IMG/VR virus record: IMGVR_UViG_3300002092_000072 | Coordinates: 1 to 44,978 of that record | DNA length: 44,978 nucleotides | Direction: 5' to 3' (one strand) | Source: a virus | Taxonomy: Duplodnaviria; Caudoviricetes | Part shown: positions 44,075-44,978 of the stretch, in pieces | Layout of the letters: each line of letters begins with the position of its first letter | Numbering within the stretch: position 1 is the first letter of the stretch | Made by a program: the position numbers and the translations under genes | The notes under the pieces: model-generated | Told to the model about the DNA's origin: nothing | The model's input: the letters and a program-made list of their open reading frames with translations, nothing else | Databases searched by the model: none

Positions 44075-44706
44075 TACTCATTACTTCCTGGGTTTCCGCC
44101 GTCAATAGAGTTCAATATAAATGGCGCAGGTACCGCAACAGGGTAGCTTGGCGGTACAGGTGGGTAGTAGGTAGGCGGTTCTCCATTTACGTATCCTGAG
44201 AACTGCGGATCATTTACAAGCTCTTCAGGCATTACCTGGATACAATCTAGAGAAAGGAGAGTAAACCCTTCAGCAACAACGCCCTTCTGCTGTGCTTGGT
44301 ATGGGCGCCAAACTTCGCCCTTCCATACAACTCTATGTCGTCCCGTATCATCTGGGCTGTTCATAATGCCAGGAACTAATCTTTCCATATCCACGGCGTT
44401 CATAGTTAAATGCAAGAAGTCAGCGTTGTAGAAACCCATTTGACTTGTCTTTGCTTGTCCCTGTGTAATAACGGCGCGGACAACGGGAACCATATATGGA
44501 CCGTCCCAAATCTTACCGCCAGTAAATGTAGGAAGAGAGTCACCAGTATCGTAAATAGGGTCTACAGAGGTGAGGGTAGAGTTAAATAGCCACCATTGAG
44601 CCATAGTACCTACGGGATTACGTAGGTCCATAGTTATGGCATTAGAGATGGCTTGGGTCTCAAAGTCTGTGGAGAACCTTCCTCCAGGGCTACACGCTCT
44701 GCTCAT
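44074..44706 (-). CDS. putative head-tail joining/neck protein
   Basis: DPIYD and terminal PEELVNDPQF; upstream of tail genes; GACAAT 7 nt before ATG 44706; function from context. Confidence 0.55.
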   Translation of the reverse strand: MSRACSPGGRFSTDFETQAISNAITMDLRNPVGTMAQWWLFNSTLTSVDPIYDTGDSLPTFTGGKIWDGPYMVPVVRAVITQGQAKTSQMGFYNADFLHLTMNAVDMERLVPGIMNSPDDTGRHRVVWKGEVWRPYQAQQKGVVAEGFTLLSLDCIQVMPEELVNDPQFSGYVNGEPPTYYPPVPPSYPVAVPAPFILNSIDGGNPGSNE

Positions 44707-44757
44707 AGAGACTATTGTCCCCCATCTTTGATACCACTTACATGATAAAGTATACCC

Positions 44758-44978
44758 ATGAACTTGGTGCAAAAATCGGTATCTAGAGGCGGAAAACTAG
44801 CCGCCCTTGTCATTCCACCAACCCTTACCTCTGGTACTGGTCAGTGCAACCCCTCTATCTTTATAGATGACGAGGGAGACATATTGGTAAATCTGCGCCA
44901 TATAAATTACACCCTTTATCATGCAGAGAAGGGCCAAAAATTTCCTAGCCCTTGGGGGCCACTTGCCTACCTTCACCC
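44758..44978 (+). CDS. N-terminus of a putative beta-propeller glycosidase-like (GH130-like) protein, truncated by window end
   Basis: MNLVQKSV...CNPSIFIDDEGDILVNLRHINY open to the end; TGaTAAAGT 6 nt before ATG. Confidence 0.6.
   Translation, partial: MNLVQKSVSRGGKLAALVIPPTLTSGTGQCNPSIFIDDEGDILVNLRHINYTLYHAEKGQKFPSPWGPLAYLH

Noticed and set aside
44707-44772. N-terminal extension of the 232-aa ORF to 44772
   Set aside because: It runs through divergent promoters and into the plus-strand gene; ATG 44706 fits a leaderless start

Overview
About 45 kb of a large contractile-tailed (myovirus-type) phage, almost all coded on the minus strand. An actinobacterial host is inferred from WhiB and many leaderless TANNNT-N6-ATG starts; the modest GC suggests a freshwater low-GC lineage. 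Reading right to left: a head-tail gene and five tiny Lys-rich ORFs; a tail module (terminator, sheath, tube, chaperone, short tape measure with a lytic transglycosylase domain, hub, spike, gp25, baseplate J, wedge); a replication module (initiator, DnaC-like loader, DnaB, primase, an inserted secreted subtilase, dNMP kinase, SNF2 helicase, SSB, family A polymerase); a recombination module (RecA, Hjc-like nuclease, WhiB, Cas4-like nuclease, RuvC); SpoVS and a metallophosphoesterase; a run of small low-complexity ORFs; an operon of Pol-beta nucleotidyltransferase, degenerate HAD and degenerate TGT-like/Cys-cluster protein; and a class II ribonucleotide reductase. Best leads: that NTase-HAD-TGT-like operon, an RNA switch that can hide the polymerase Shine-Dalgarno, a probable +1 UUU-CGC frameshift in the tail chaperone, small-protein arrays with shared N-termini, and a spike with a His-rich segment inside its OB fold. 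All family calls are by-eye motif recognition; no searches were run. No tRNA, rRNA, CRISPR array or integrase was seen.
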